NCBI GenBank assembly: GCA_947588355.1
Contig: CANPYI010000001.1
Coordinates: 13,771 to 77,770, forward strand
DNA: 64,000 nt
Reading direction: 5' to 3'
DNA from: an uncultured Clostridia bacterium
Lineage (GTDB): Bacteria; Bacillota; Clostridia; Christensenellales; UBA1242
A program made the position numbers and the translations under genes. Shown here in pieces: positions 9,681 to 18,471 of the stretch (within the stretch, counting starts at the first letter, position 1; each line of letters opens with the position of its first letter). The notes below the pieces were generated by a model. The model was not told the origin of the DNA, searched no databases, and worked only from the letters and a program-made list of their open reading frames with translations.

Positions 9681-10964
9681 ATGGACGAGAAACGTATTCC
9701 TCTGGCAGAAAGAATGAGGGCGACAAGCCTTGAAGAATTCGTCGGACAGGAACATATTGTAGGCAAAAACAAATTGTTGTATCGTGCTATTTCCACAGGC
9801 AAAGTGGGAAGTTGTATTTTTTATGGGCCTCCGGGCACCGGAAAAACAACTTTGGCGGGGATTATCGCAAAACTTTTAAACGCAAATATAGAAAAATTGA
9901 ATGCTGTGTCCAGTGGAGTTTCGGACGCCAAAGCCGTTATAGAGCGAGCAAGGTCTCAAAAGCAGATGTTTGGCACGGACACATATTTGCTTCTCGATGA
10001 ATGTCATCGATGGAGTAAGGCGCAAAGTGATTGTGTTTTGCAAGCGATTGAAGAAGGAAGTATATATTTTATCGGCTCAACCACAGAAAATCCTTACACA
10101 AGCATGACACGGGCGATTGTGTCGCGTTGCAGTGTGTTTGAATTTAAAAAGATTTCTGAAAAAGATGTGTTGAAAGTCCTGAAACGTGCTTTGAGTGACA
10201 AAGAAAAAGGTTTGGGGCAGTTTAAAACTGATGTAAGTGAAGATGCTTTAAAATTTTTGGCATTTGCGTGCAACGGAGACGTCCGAACAGCACTCAATGC
10301 TTTGGAACTTGCTGTTCAGTCCACAAAAGTTGGCAAGGACAAAACAACGCATATTGATAAGGAGATTATGGCTGAATGCTTAAACAGAAGGCCTCTTTCC
10401 ATTGATGAAAATATGTATTATGATTATTTGTCGGCTTTTTGCAAAAGTTTGCGCGGAAGTGATACAGAGGCGGCACTTTACTATGCTTTCAGATTGATTA
10501 AAGCGGGGATTGACCCGCAGATTATTGCCAGAAGAATGATCGCTCATGCCTCGGAAGATGTTGGAATGGCAGACAGCAATGCGCTTTTGTTGGCTTGCTG
10601 TGCTTTGACATCATGCGAAAAGATAGGTGCGCCAGAGTGCTATTTGGCAATCTCACACGCGATAATTTATATTTGCGAAGCAGAAAAATCAAACAGTGTT
10701 GTTGTGGCCATGAACAGAGCGATTGAAGACGCAGAAAATGAACGCGAAGATATTGTGCCAAATCATTTGAAAAATCATCCAAGCACAAACAAAGATGGGC
10801 ATGGTGCGTACAAATATCCTCACGATTATGGTGGATATTGTGTACAACAGTACATGCCTGACAGTTTGAAAGACAGGGTGTATTATGAGCCGAGTGAAAA
10901 CGGCAGAGAGAAAAATTTGGTAAGAAAAAAGTTTTCAAAAAACGGATTTAAACCAAAAAAATAA
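9681..10964 (+). CDS. rarA: Replication-associated recombination protein A (AAA+ ATPase)
   Basis: Walker A GPPGTGKTTLA, Walker B LLLDECHRW, and a MgsA-type C-terminal domain (YYDYLSAFCKSLRGSD, HLKN...YKYPHDY). Confidence 0.9.
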   Translation: MDEKRIPLAERMRATSLEEFVGQEHIVGKNKLLYRAISTGKVGSCIFYGPPGTGKTTLAGIIAKLLNANIEKLNAVSSGVSDAKAVIERARSQKQMFGTDTYLLLDECHRWSKAQSDCVLQAIEEGSIYFIGSTTENPYTSMTRAIVSRCSVFEFKKISEKDVLKVLKRALSDKEKGLGQFKTDVSEDALKFLAFACNGDVRTALNALELAVQSTKVGKDKTTHIDKEIMAECLNRRPLSIDENMYYDYLSAFCKSLRGSDTEAALYYAFRLIKAGIDPQIIARRMIAHASEDVGMADSNALLLACCALTSCEKIGAPECYLAISHAIIYICEAEKSNSVVVAMNRAIEDAENEREDIVPNHLKNHPSTNKDGHGAYKYPHDYGGYCVQQYMPDSLKDRVYYEPSENGREKNLVRKKFSKNGFKPKK

Positions 10965-10971
10965 TATTATT

Positions 10972-11027
10972 TACACGATATATAGTGTATTATGCAACAT
11001 ACTACACTAAATATTGCTGTATTATGT
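10972..11027. repeat. Palindromic intergenic repeat, locus B
   Basis: TACACGATATATAGTGTATTATGCAACATACTACACTAAATATTGCTGTATTATG. Three units in alternating orientation. Ends 26 nt before the next start codon. Confidence 0.8.
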
Positions 11028-11053
11028 AAAATTAAATAAAGAAGGGATTAAAA

Positions 11054-12001
11054 ATGTTTGGAAGAAGAGCAGACGGGAAACAAGTGAAAGAATTGGGAAT
11101 TATTGAAAAAGCGACGGCGTACTTTATGCCGATGCGTATAGATGGTGTCAACCTTTATCAAAGTTCAATTGATTGCTCCAATTTGGACCGATTTATTTTG
11201 GAAGAAAAGCAAAAAAGTGGCATTCATTACACGTACACAGAAATTATGATGGCAGCAGCAATCAGAATGATTTATGAAAGACCAAAGACAAATCGTTTCA
11301 TTCAAAACTGCGTGATGTTTCAAAGGAAATATATTTCTCTTTCCATTGCAGTGAAGCAAAAACTCACCGATGATGCAGAAGAAATGACCTTGAAAATGTT
11401 TTTCACTGGCCGCGAAAGTGTGGAACAGATAAAGAAAATTTTCAACGATGAAGTTGCAAAAAATATAAAATCGGGCGCAGAAGAACACTCCACAACAAAA
11501 ACTGCCGGCTTTCTTGGAAAACTTCCAAACTTTGTTTTCAGGTGGGCAGTTGGACTTTTGCGTTGGGGTGACAAACACGGAATGTTGCCACGTTGGCTTT
11601 TGGATATAAGTCCTTTCCACACAAGTATTTTTGTCGCAGATTTGCGCAGTATTCATCTTGATGCGTTGTATCATCATCTTTACAACTTTGGCAACACCAC
11701 AATTTTTGCCACACTTGGAAAGGTGAACTACGTTCCGGTTTCTGACAGAAGTGGCGAGATTAAAATGCAAAAGCAGTTGCAACTCAAGTTTTCACTTGAT
11801 GAGCGCGTGTGCGATGGCCTGTATTACTCAAACAGTTTGAAACTTTTGACTAAGTATTTGGAAAATCCAGAACTTTTGAAAGAGCCGTTGCCAGAGCCAG
11901 AACTTACAGGCAAAGCCCTAAAAAAGAAGCAAAAAGCGGACCGTAAGGCAGAGAAGAAACAAGCAAAAAAGACAAAAAAAGAAGCAAAGAAAAATAAATA
12001 A
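11054..12001 (+). CDS. 2-oxoacid dehydrogenase E2 acyltransferase catalytic-domain-like protein (no lipoyl domain), Lys-rich tail
   Basis: C-terminal SLDERVCDGLYYSNSLKLLTKYLENPELL matches the E2 DHRxxDG...LExP signature except that Glu replaces His. About 35-aa K/A/E-rich tail. Confidence 0.55.
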   Translation: MFGRRADGKQVKELGIIEKATAYFMPMRIDGVNLYQSSIDCSNLDRFILEEKQKSGIHYTYTEIMMAAAIRMIYERPKTNRFIQNCVMFQRKYISLSIAVKQKLTDDAEEMTLKMFFTGRESVEQIKKIFNDEVAKNIKSGAEEHSTTKTAGFLGKLPNFVFRWAVGLLRWGDKHGMLPRWLLDISPFHTSIFVADLRSIHLDALYHHLYNFGNTTIFATLGKVNYVPVSDRSGEIKMQKQLQLKFSLDERVCDGLYYSNSLKLLTKYLENPELLKEPLPEPELTGKALKKKQKADRKAEKKQAKKTKKEAKKNK

Positions 12002-12114
12002 CATTCCTTTTCAAATAGCAAATTCATGATTTTTCCTTGAAAATCGAATATGTTTTTTGCCTTTGCAAACGAGGATTTTGTTTTAAATCAATACATTTAA
12101 TATCAAAAATAAAT

Positions 12115-12146
12115 GAAAGGCGGATTGCCTTTCTTTGTTGTTTTTT
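12115..12146 (+). terminator. Rho-independent terminator
   Basis: GAAAGGC-ggatt-GCCTTTC followed by a T-rich tail. Confidence 0.6.
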
Positions 12147-12227
12147 CGTGTGACGGCAGAGTGACGCCACATTTTGCCGTTTTTGTAAAATATTGTAAAA
12201 AATTTTAAAAAAGTGCGTCATAAAGGT

Positions 12228-12256
12228 TTGACTATAAATTTTTCTGTTTTTATAAT
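12228..12256 (+). promoter_or_regulatory. Sigma-A-type promoter
   Basis: TTGACT, 17 nt spacer, TATAAT. Lies about 57 nt upstream of the 12314 start. Confidence 0.55.
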
Positions 12257-12313
12257 TTTGCGTGGAAATTGAAGAATAAACTTCAAAAGTAATGTTTTAA
12301 AGGAGAAAAATTT

Positions 12314-12841
12314 ATGAAAAACGATTATGTTTGGGCGAGAACTGTTTTGACTGTTTACAGATATTTGGAGCGTATTGCAGGGGCTATTGACAAAATTGTT
12401 TTGCAGAGTGCGTTGTCCTCTGCATATGTTTCAAGTGAAAACTTTTATCAAAATAATGTTTACACTGTGTCGCAAAAACTGATTGACCTTGGTCAGAGAA
12501 AAATTACTTTGATAAACCTTAAACTTTTGATTGAAGATGCCTTGAAATTTGTCTCTGAAAAAGATGCTGAAATTTTGGTTGAAAAATTTTTTGATGGTGT
12601 CAAAAGCAAGGATATAGCACAAAATCATAACATAAGCATGCGCACGGTTTTCAGAAGAATCGATGCGGCAGTCAAAAGTTTTTCAAATGTGCTTTGTATG
12701 AAAGGCTATGGCAACATTGCTTTACAAAAAATGCTTAAGGACGAAAATTGGATTTTGTGCGTGTTTGAAAGATTTTGCACAAAGCCTCAAGAAGAATTTT
12801 CTTTTTCGCAAATTTTTTTGAAAAAAGCCGTTTCTATGTGA
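12314..12841 (+). CDS. Sigma-70 region-4-like HTH protein (phage late-activator-like)
   Basis: LSEKDAEILVEKFFDGVKSKDIAQNHNISMRTVFRRIDAAVKSF resembles sigma region 4 and ArpU/RinA-type regulators. No region-2 motif seen. Confidence 0.45.
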   Translation: MKNDYVWARTVLTVYRYLERIAGAIDKIVLQSALSSAYVSSENFYQNNVYTVSQKLIDLGQRKITLINLKLLIEDALKFVSEKDAEILVEKFFDGVKSKDIAQNHNISMRTVFRRIDAAVKSFSNVLCMKGYGNIALQKMLKDENWILCVFERFCTKPQEEFSFSQIFLKKAVSM

Positions 12842-12859
12842 CGGCTTTTGTCCTAACTT

Positions 12860-13681
12860 TTACAGTTCACTCTCGTCAAACTCAAAATAGTCTCCGTGCG
12901 AGATACGTCGTTTTCCTTTTTTTGCATTTTTCTTGCTTTTGTTGGTTTGCATAAGTTTTGTTGGCTTGATGAGAAAATACAATATCAGCAAACTTGGCAC
13001 ACTTATTGCCACTATCAACATCACTTGTGTGCCGGTGGAAAGTTTGCTGAAGTTTTGAGGTTGCGGCGGAATCAAAACATCGTCACTTATGGTTGGCAGA
13101 GTAAGATCTGGATCGGACAAGTCACGCACCACAAAAGGTTTTTCTGAAACATAATTTGTGTAAATATATCCTTCTTGACGCTGTCCATCTACATATGCAC
13201 TGACAAAATACCACGTCGTGACAAGTTTTTGGTCAACTTTCTGCAAGCCGGCACCTTCTTTTTCGCCATAATAGGTCATGACCACATCATTTGTGATTGT
13301 GATGGGTGTGGACTTGTTTGTGGCCGAAGAATACATGTTTTGCGTGTCAAAAACAGTGATTGTGGCGGAAGGAAACTTAATTTGCGGTGTGCCTTCAACA
13401 AGGCTGGCGTCATTACGCTTTACATATCCTTGCAAATCTTTGTATGTGACAACATAATAATCTTGTTTTATATCACTGACGATTACAAAATAGTTGTTTG
13501 GAATTGAAAAAAGACTTTCCGAATCGATCGTTCGATAAAAACTTACACCATTTTCGCCGGTTGCAGACTCAACTCGCGCGTAGTAATTTTGATTTGCTTT
13601 TGCTGACGTTTGATTTGTTGAAAGGCAAGTTGCCATAATCAAAAAGATAACGCCTAAAATAAAAATTCTTTTCGTTTTCAT
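12860..13681 (-). CDS. Secreted, membrane-anchored protein with two SH3b-like repeats
   Basis: Signal peptide, two SH3b-like segments (YYVVTYKDLQGYVKRND; WYFVSAYVDGQRQEGYIYTNYV), C-terminal TM segment and a basic/acidic tail. No catalytic domain seen. Confidence 0.5.
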   Translation of the reverse strand: MKTKRIFILGVIFLIMATCLSTNQTSAKANQNYYARVESATGENGVSFYRTIDSESLFSIPNNYFVIVSDIKQDYYVVTYKDLQGYVKRNDASLVEGTPQIKFPSATITVFDTQNMYSSATNKSTPITITNDVVMTYYGEKEGAGLQKVDQKLVTTWYFVSAYVDGQRQEGYIYTNYVSEKPFVVRDLSDPDLTLPTISDDVLIPPQPQNFSKLSTGTQVMLIVAISVPSLLILYFLIKPTKLMQTNKSKKNAKKGKRRISHGDYFEFDESEL

Positions 13682-13735
13682 GTCACTAGGATAAATTTTA
13701 AATCACCAAAACTGATAAAAGATATTTGTCCGTTT

Positions 13736-13764
13736 TTGACTTTTTTTTATGCATTTTGTATATT
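13736..13764 (+). promoter_or_regulatory. Sigma-A-type promoter in front of terL
   Basis: TTGACT, 17 nt spacer, TATATT. Ends 11 nt before the terL ATG. Confidence 0.5.
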
Positions 13765-13775
13765 GGAGTGTTGAG

Positions 13776-15200
13776 ATGGATTTGAATATAGTAAAAAATA
13801 TTTTGAAACTTGAAAAAGAAATTGATTTACGCTACAACGCAAACAAACTTAATTTTTACAACAAGAAAAAGGTTCACAAAAAACAAATTAGGTTTCATAA
13901 ATGTAAAAAGCGTAATAGATGGGTTTTTGGAGGTAACCGCTCGGGCAAAACGGAGTGCGGCGCTGTGGAAGTTGTTTATCTTGCGTGCGGGCTTCATCCC
14001 TACAAGAAAAACAAAGTGACTGAAGGCTGGGTTGTCTCTTTGTCAAGACAAGTTCAAAGAGATGTGGCACAACGCAAGATTTTGGAATATTTGCCTGCTT
14101 CATATATCGAAGATATCGTTATGGTCAGTGGCGGCAAGGACAACGCGGAAAATGGTGTTATTGATTTTATTTTGGTCAAAAGTGCGGTTGGCGGAACAAG
14201 TAAAATTGGTTTTCGAAGTTGTGACCAAGGTAGAGAAAAATTTCAGGGTGCTTCGCTTGACTATGTTTGGTTTGATGAAGAGCCGCCTTTTGACATCTAT
14301 CTTGAATGCAAAATGAGGGTGCTTGACAGGTGCGGAGAAATTTTTGGAACAATGACTCCACTTAAAGGTCTGACTTGGGTGTACAACACAATCTATCTCA
14401 ACGACAAAAACGACAGTGAAGTTTGGTACGAAACTATGGAGTGGGCGGACAACCCCTTTTTGTCCAAAAAAGAAATTGATGCTTTAACAAGAACTTTGCC
14501 TGCTGAAGAACTTGAAAGCAGACGTTATGGAAAATTCATGCAGAGCGGGGGAATGGTTTATAGCGAATTTGATGAGAATGTGCATGTGATTGAGCCTTTT
14601 GACATTCCCCAGGATTGGCAAGACACAATATCTATCGACCCCGGTCTTCATAATCCGCTTTCTGCACATTTTTATTGCGTAGATTTTGATGGCAATGTGT
14701 ATGTTGTTGCCGAACATTATGCGGCGGGCGAGACTGTTGATTTTCATTCTCAGAAAATTTGGGAAATTGCCAAAAAACTTGATTGGAAAACAGACAACAG
14801 AGGATTTTTGCATGCCATAATTGACAGTGCTGCCAATCAGCGTACTCTTTCAAGCCCGAAAAACGTTGTCGAACTTTTTTATGAGAATAAAATTTTGACC
14901 AATCCAAAAGTTGACAAGGACCTTTTTTCAGGAATTTCAGTGGTGAAATCCTATCTTAAGACTGCTGATGGCCGTTGCAGGCTTTTTATTTTCAAAAATT
15001 GCGTCAATTTGATACGCGAAATCAAAAGTTACTGGTGGGGTGATGGCGACGCGCCAATAAAAAAAGATGATCATTGCTTGGACGAACTAAGATATTATCT
15101 TATGACAAAACCGCTCAGCAAAGAAAAAATCGAAAAAACTGAAATTCAAAAAGATAAAGAAAAAATGGCAAGAAATTTGAAGTATAAAAAATATTTATAA
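13776..15200 (+). CDS. terL: Phage terminase large subunit
   Basis: Walker A GGNRSGKTECGA, Walker B LDYVWFDEEP, coupling motif GTMTP. C-terminal nuclease-like half (IDPG..., DDHCLDELRY). Start set at ATG 13776, which follows GGAG. Confidence 0.8.
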   Translation: MDLNIVKNILKLEKEIDLRYNANKLNFYNKKKVHKKQIRFHKCKKRNRWVFGGNRSGKTECGAVEVVYLACGLHPYKKNKVTEGWVVSLSRQVQRDVAQRKILEYLPASYIEDIVMVSGGKDNAENGVIDFILVKSAVGGTSKIGFRSCDQGREKFQGASLDYVWFDEEPPFDIYLECKMRVLDRCGEIFGTMTPLKGLTWVYNTIYLNDKNDSEVWYETMEWADNPFLSKKEIDALTRTLPAEELESRRYGKFMQSGGMVYSEFDENVHVIEPFDIPQDWQDTISIDPGLHNPLSAHFYCVDFDGNVYVVAEHYAAGETVDFHSQKIWEIAKKLDWKTDNRGFLHAIIDSAANQRTLSSPKNVVELFYENKILTNPKVDKDLFSGISVVKSYLKTADGRCRLFIFKNCVNLIREIKSYWWGDGDAPIKKDDHCLDELRYYLMTKPLSKEKIEKTEIQKDKEKMARNLKYKKYL

Positions 15201-15310
15201 CTTTTATGGGTTAAATTATATTTTATTTTTATTAAAAAAAATTAAATATTTTGTCAATACATTTGGAAAAATAATAGCAGATTTGATAAAATGTCAAAAA
15301 GAGAGGAAAT

Positions 15311-17779
15311 ATGAAGAAAATTCCATTTTTGATTTTGTTTGCATTTTGTCTCACAACTGTTTTGAGTGGAATTTTTTTATGCTCTCCCGTCACTTTTGCC
15401 GTTGATACTCAACAATCGGAAATTATTTCTATTGGCGATGAAAACACCTTTGCAGATTACATAAACGGGGTAAAAACATTTGAAGATGGTGTGACCGTGC
15501 AACTTACAAAAGACCTCGACATGAGAAACATCACTCTTACATCAACTTTGGGCACGGCTGACAAGCCATTTGTCGGCACCTTTGACGGAAAGGGCTACAA
15601 AATCTCAAATTTGGTGATTGATTTGACCGAAAAAGAAGATGCAACTTTGTTTGCAGGTTTGTTTGGCTTTGTAAGCGGAAGTGTTGATGATTCTGGAAGA
15701 TTTGTCAACTCACAAATAAAAAATGTTAAAATTGAAAATATAACATTCAGACTTGCTTCAAATGTCGGTGTTTCTGTGGGTGCATTGGTGGGCCGAGCAG
15801 AACATACTTCTATCACAAATGTTGAGATTTCAAATTCAGATGTTCTTTTACAGCAAAAACAGACCGACGAAAGTTTTGCAAATTATGACTTTGGCAGTGA
15901 CATTGATTTTGGCGGTGTTGCCGGGGTTTTGAAAGACAGCACAATGAACTTTGTCATTTCACGACCAAAATTCAGACAATGGAAATTTGCAAAAAACAAC
16001 AACAGAGTTTCAAATTTCGGTGGGCTTGTTGGCAGAATTTCAAGCAGTCAGATTTCTTTCTGCGTTGTTGAAACGGACTTTGATGCTGACTTTGAGCAAT
16101 CATATGACGGAACAGCAAGTATTGGTGGAATTGTTGGACAAGCAGAACAAAGTGACAGTTGCATTGTTGATATCGCACTCAAAAGCAATTTTATCATTTC
16201 TGGAACAAACACAAATGGCATTGTGAAATCCGGCCTTGTTGCTGGCAGTGTAAGCAATTCTGCACCGGCTCGTGGCAATATCTCTTTTGTGACTTATCAG
16301 TCAAACATAAATAGAATTTTTGGCGATAACAATTACAAATATTCAGATGAAGTTGACTTTGATTTTATAAGAGTTTCCACTCATTCACTTTCTCCTTTGG
16401 AACGGGAAAATGGACAATATCCTTACTTTTCTGAGCAGGCTTGGCATCCGTTGTATGGTGCTTGGGACTTTGATACTGTTTGGTATGTTGATGAACAGAC
16501 GGGAGAAATAAATTTGCAATATTTCAACAACTCTTTGAGTTTGTCTGCTGTGACCAACACCGATTCAAGCACTGAAAGTTTGATTTTCAAGGGCATAGCA
16601 ATCAAAAATAATGGGGCTGAAGTTTCCAGAAACAATTTTAAATACGGCGATGAAGTGAGAATAAGTTTTGATTTCAACACTTTTTCAGAGGACGATAAAA
16701 CTGTTTCTATGAAAGATTTTACAGAGTTTTCAAATCTCAGTCTCACAAAACAAGGCACAACTACAGACGTTGCAAGAATCATAAATACTGAAAAAGGATA
16801 TGTTATCACCGGAAGTGACCAGTATGCTGTGGAAAGTTCTGCTGACGGAAATGGTTTTGTGGTTGTTGTAAAAAGTTTAAATTTGTCAACTTCGGGAAGA
16901 TACACTGCCACTGCACAAAGAAAGGCATTTCTTGGAAGGATAACTTCCCGTTTGTATGATACTGACGGAAATCAGGTTGAAAACGAAACTCCAGCATATG
17001 TATATCATGCTTCATATGGAAGTTCGCAACCACCAACAACAGAAACTCTTTCTTTGCCGGAAATGTACTACAACAGCGAGTACAGGATTCGCTCAACTGT
17101 AAAATCTGGCAGACCATATTCATTCTCGGGGTGGTATATGGTCAATGAGAATGAGGTCACAAAAATACCAGAACAGTATGTTGACAACAATAACAATCTG
17201 ATCTTCACTTTTGGACACGGAATATTCAAATCAAACTTCAACATATTTGCCAGATATGAAGATGACGCATGCAACATAACTTTCATTTCGGACACCGGGG
17301 TCGCAAGAATTCGCTTGAGTGGAAATGAACTTTATCAAACAAACATAACTTCCCCTGTTTCAAAAAAGGAAAATGCATTAAGGCTGGAAATATTCATTCA
17401 TAAAGGTTTTGAATTTGACACAGACAAATTTATTGATGAACTTTTCTATAAATCTGCCGATCCAACCACACCTTTCTGCAGATTGGTTGCAAGCGACACC
17501 TCGCAAGATGAATATGATTTTTATCAGTTTGAAATCAATATGACAATCTTGAATTGGGGCGATTTTGAAAATGCATTCACCGTCAAAATACAAACCAACG
17601 AAAATAAGCAAGTTGACAATTCGTGGATTTGGTGGGTTTTAGGCTCTGTTATTGGAGTGGTAGTTCTGGTGGCAATAATTGTTTTGATTATATGGCTTGT
17701 GAAGCGTAATGGCTTTGGTGGCGGTTATGGCGGCAAAACAAAAGTAAGCAAAAAAAGTTACAAAAATATGTATTATTAA
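15311..17779 (+). CDS. Large surface protein with GLUG-motif region, signal peptide and C-terminal TM anchor
   Basis: Signal peptide. PFVGTFDGKGYKISNL...FAGLFGFVSG and repeated GGLVG/GGIVG segments typical of GLUG repeats. C-terminal WIWWVLGSVIGVVVLVAIIVLIIWLVKR. Confidence 0.55.
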   Translation: MKKIPFLILFAFCLTTVLSGIFLCSPVTFAVDTQQSEIISIGDENTFADYINGVKTFEDGVTVQLTKDLDMRNITLTSTLGTADKPFVGTFDGKGYKISNLVIDLTEKEDATLFAGLFGFVSGSVDDSGRFVNSQIKNVKIENITFRLASNVGVSVGALVGRAEHTSITNVEISNSDVLLQQKQTDESFANYDFGSDIDFGGVAGVLKDSTMNFVISRPKFRQWKFAKNNNRVSNFGGLVGRISSSQISFCVVETDFDADFEQSYDGTASIGGIVGQAEQSDSCIVDIALKSNFIISGTNTNGIVKSGLVAGSVSNSAPARGNISFVTYQSNINRIFGDNNYKYSDEVDFDFIRVSTHSLSPLERENGQYPYFSEQAWHPLYGAWDFDTVWYVDEQTGEINLQYFNNSLSLSAVTNTDSSTESLIFKGIAIKNNGAEVSRNNFKYGDEVRISFDFNTFSEDDKTVSMKDFTEFSNLSLTKQGTTTDVARIINTEKGYVITGSDQYAVESSADGNGFVVVVKSLNLSTSGRYTATAQRKAFLGRITSRLYDTDGNQVENETPAYVYHASYGSSQPPTTETLSLPEMYYNSEYRIRSTVKSGRPYSFSGWYMVNENEVTKIPEQYVDNNNNLIFTFGHGIFKSNFNIFARYEDDACNITFISDTGVARIRLSGNELYQTNITSPVSKKENALRLEIFIHKGFEFDTDKFIDELFYKSADPTTPFCRLVASDTSQDEYDFYQFEINMTILNWGDFENAFTVKIQTNENKQVDNSWIWWVLGSVIGVVVLVAIIVLIIWLVKRNGFGGGYGGKTKVSKKSYKNMYY

Positions 17780-17808
17780 AAAAAACGAAGGCGCTCTTCG
17801 TTTTTTTT
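17778..17808. terminator. Bidirectional terminator between convergent genes
   Basis: AAAAAAACGAAG-gcgct-CTTCGTTTTTTTT. Confidence 0.7.
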
Positions 17809-18394
17809 ATAACATTTGATTTTCAAGATATTTTTGACCTAGTTTGCGTGCTAGGTTGACGCTTTTTTGATGTGCATCGTCTATTTGATTGGTTCCGTCT
17901 GTGCGCGTGTTTTCGAAATGAAGACAAAAATGACCATTTGTTGCTGTGTTGCCTGTGCAATATCCGTGCGGATACAAAACTAGGCTCGCGGGTGCATACG
18001 CCGTTTCGCTGAGTTTCACAAGCACTGGTCGGCGGTCCCATGAAAAATCTCTTATTTTTTTTATGATTATGCTATTTTCTTTGTCGGAGGGCTCTACGTC
18101 AATATGATTTTTTCCTCCCGTACGCATTACAAAGAATGCTCGCTCACTTTCAAAATCAAAAATTTCAAATTTTGTTCCTATTGGCAAAAGTAAATTTATT
18201 TGTGCAAAAGATAAGTCTGTTATTTTTGGCCTGCTTGCTTCACTTTGCGTAAGTTCCGTCTCGTGAAAGTTGTTTATCAAAAACGCTTGCTCGTTTGAGA
18301 TGTTGGTGTGCCGTGAAAAAATAGGATATGGAAGTATGCTTGAAAAAACTGCCACAGTCAACAAAAATACAAACAAATAAAATGTTTTTTGCAT
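17807..18394 (-). CDS. Hypothetical secreted protein (195 aa)
   Basis: N-terminal signal/TM segment. Conserved-looking YPHGYCTGNTATNGHFCLHF near the C terminus. Family not recognised. Confidence 0.5.
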   Translation of the reverse strand: MQKTFYLFVFLLTVAVFSSILPYPIFSRHTNISNEQAFLINNFHETELTQSEASRPKITDLSFAQINLLLPIGTKFEIFDFESERAFFVMRTGGKNHIDVEPSDKENSIIIKKIRDFSWDRRPVLVKLSETAYAPASLVLYPHGYCTGNTATNGHFCLHFENTRTDGTNQIDDAHQKSVNLARKLGQKYLENQML

Positions 18395-18471
18395 GAAAAT
18401 AGTTTGTTTCGCAAAATTATGTTTAATTCAATTTTCAGCATGAAAAATTTTTAATTTTAATATATATTTTT

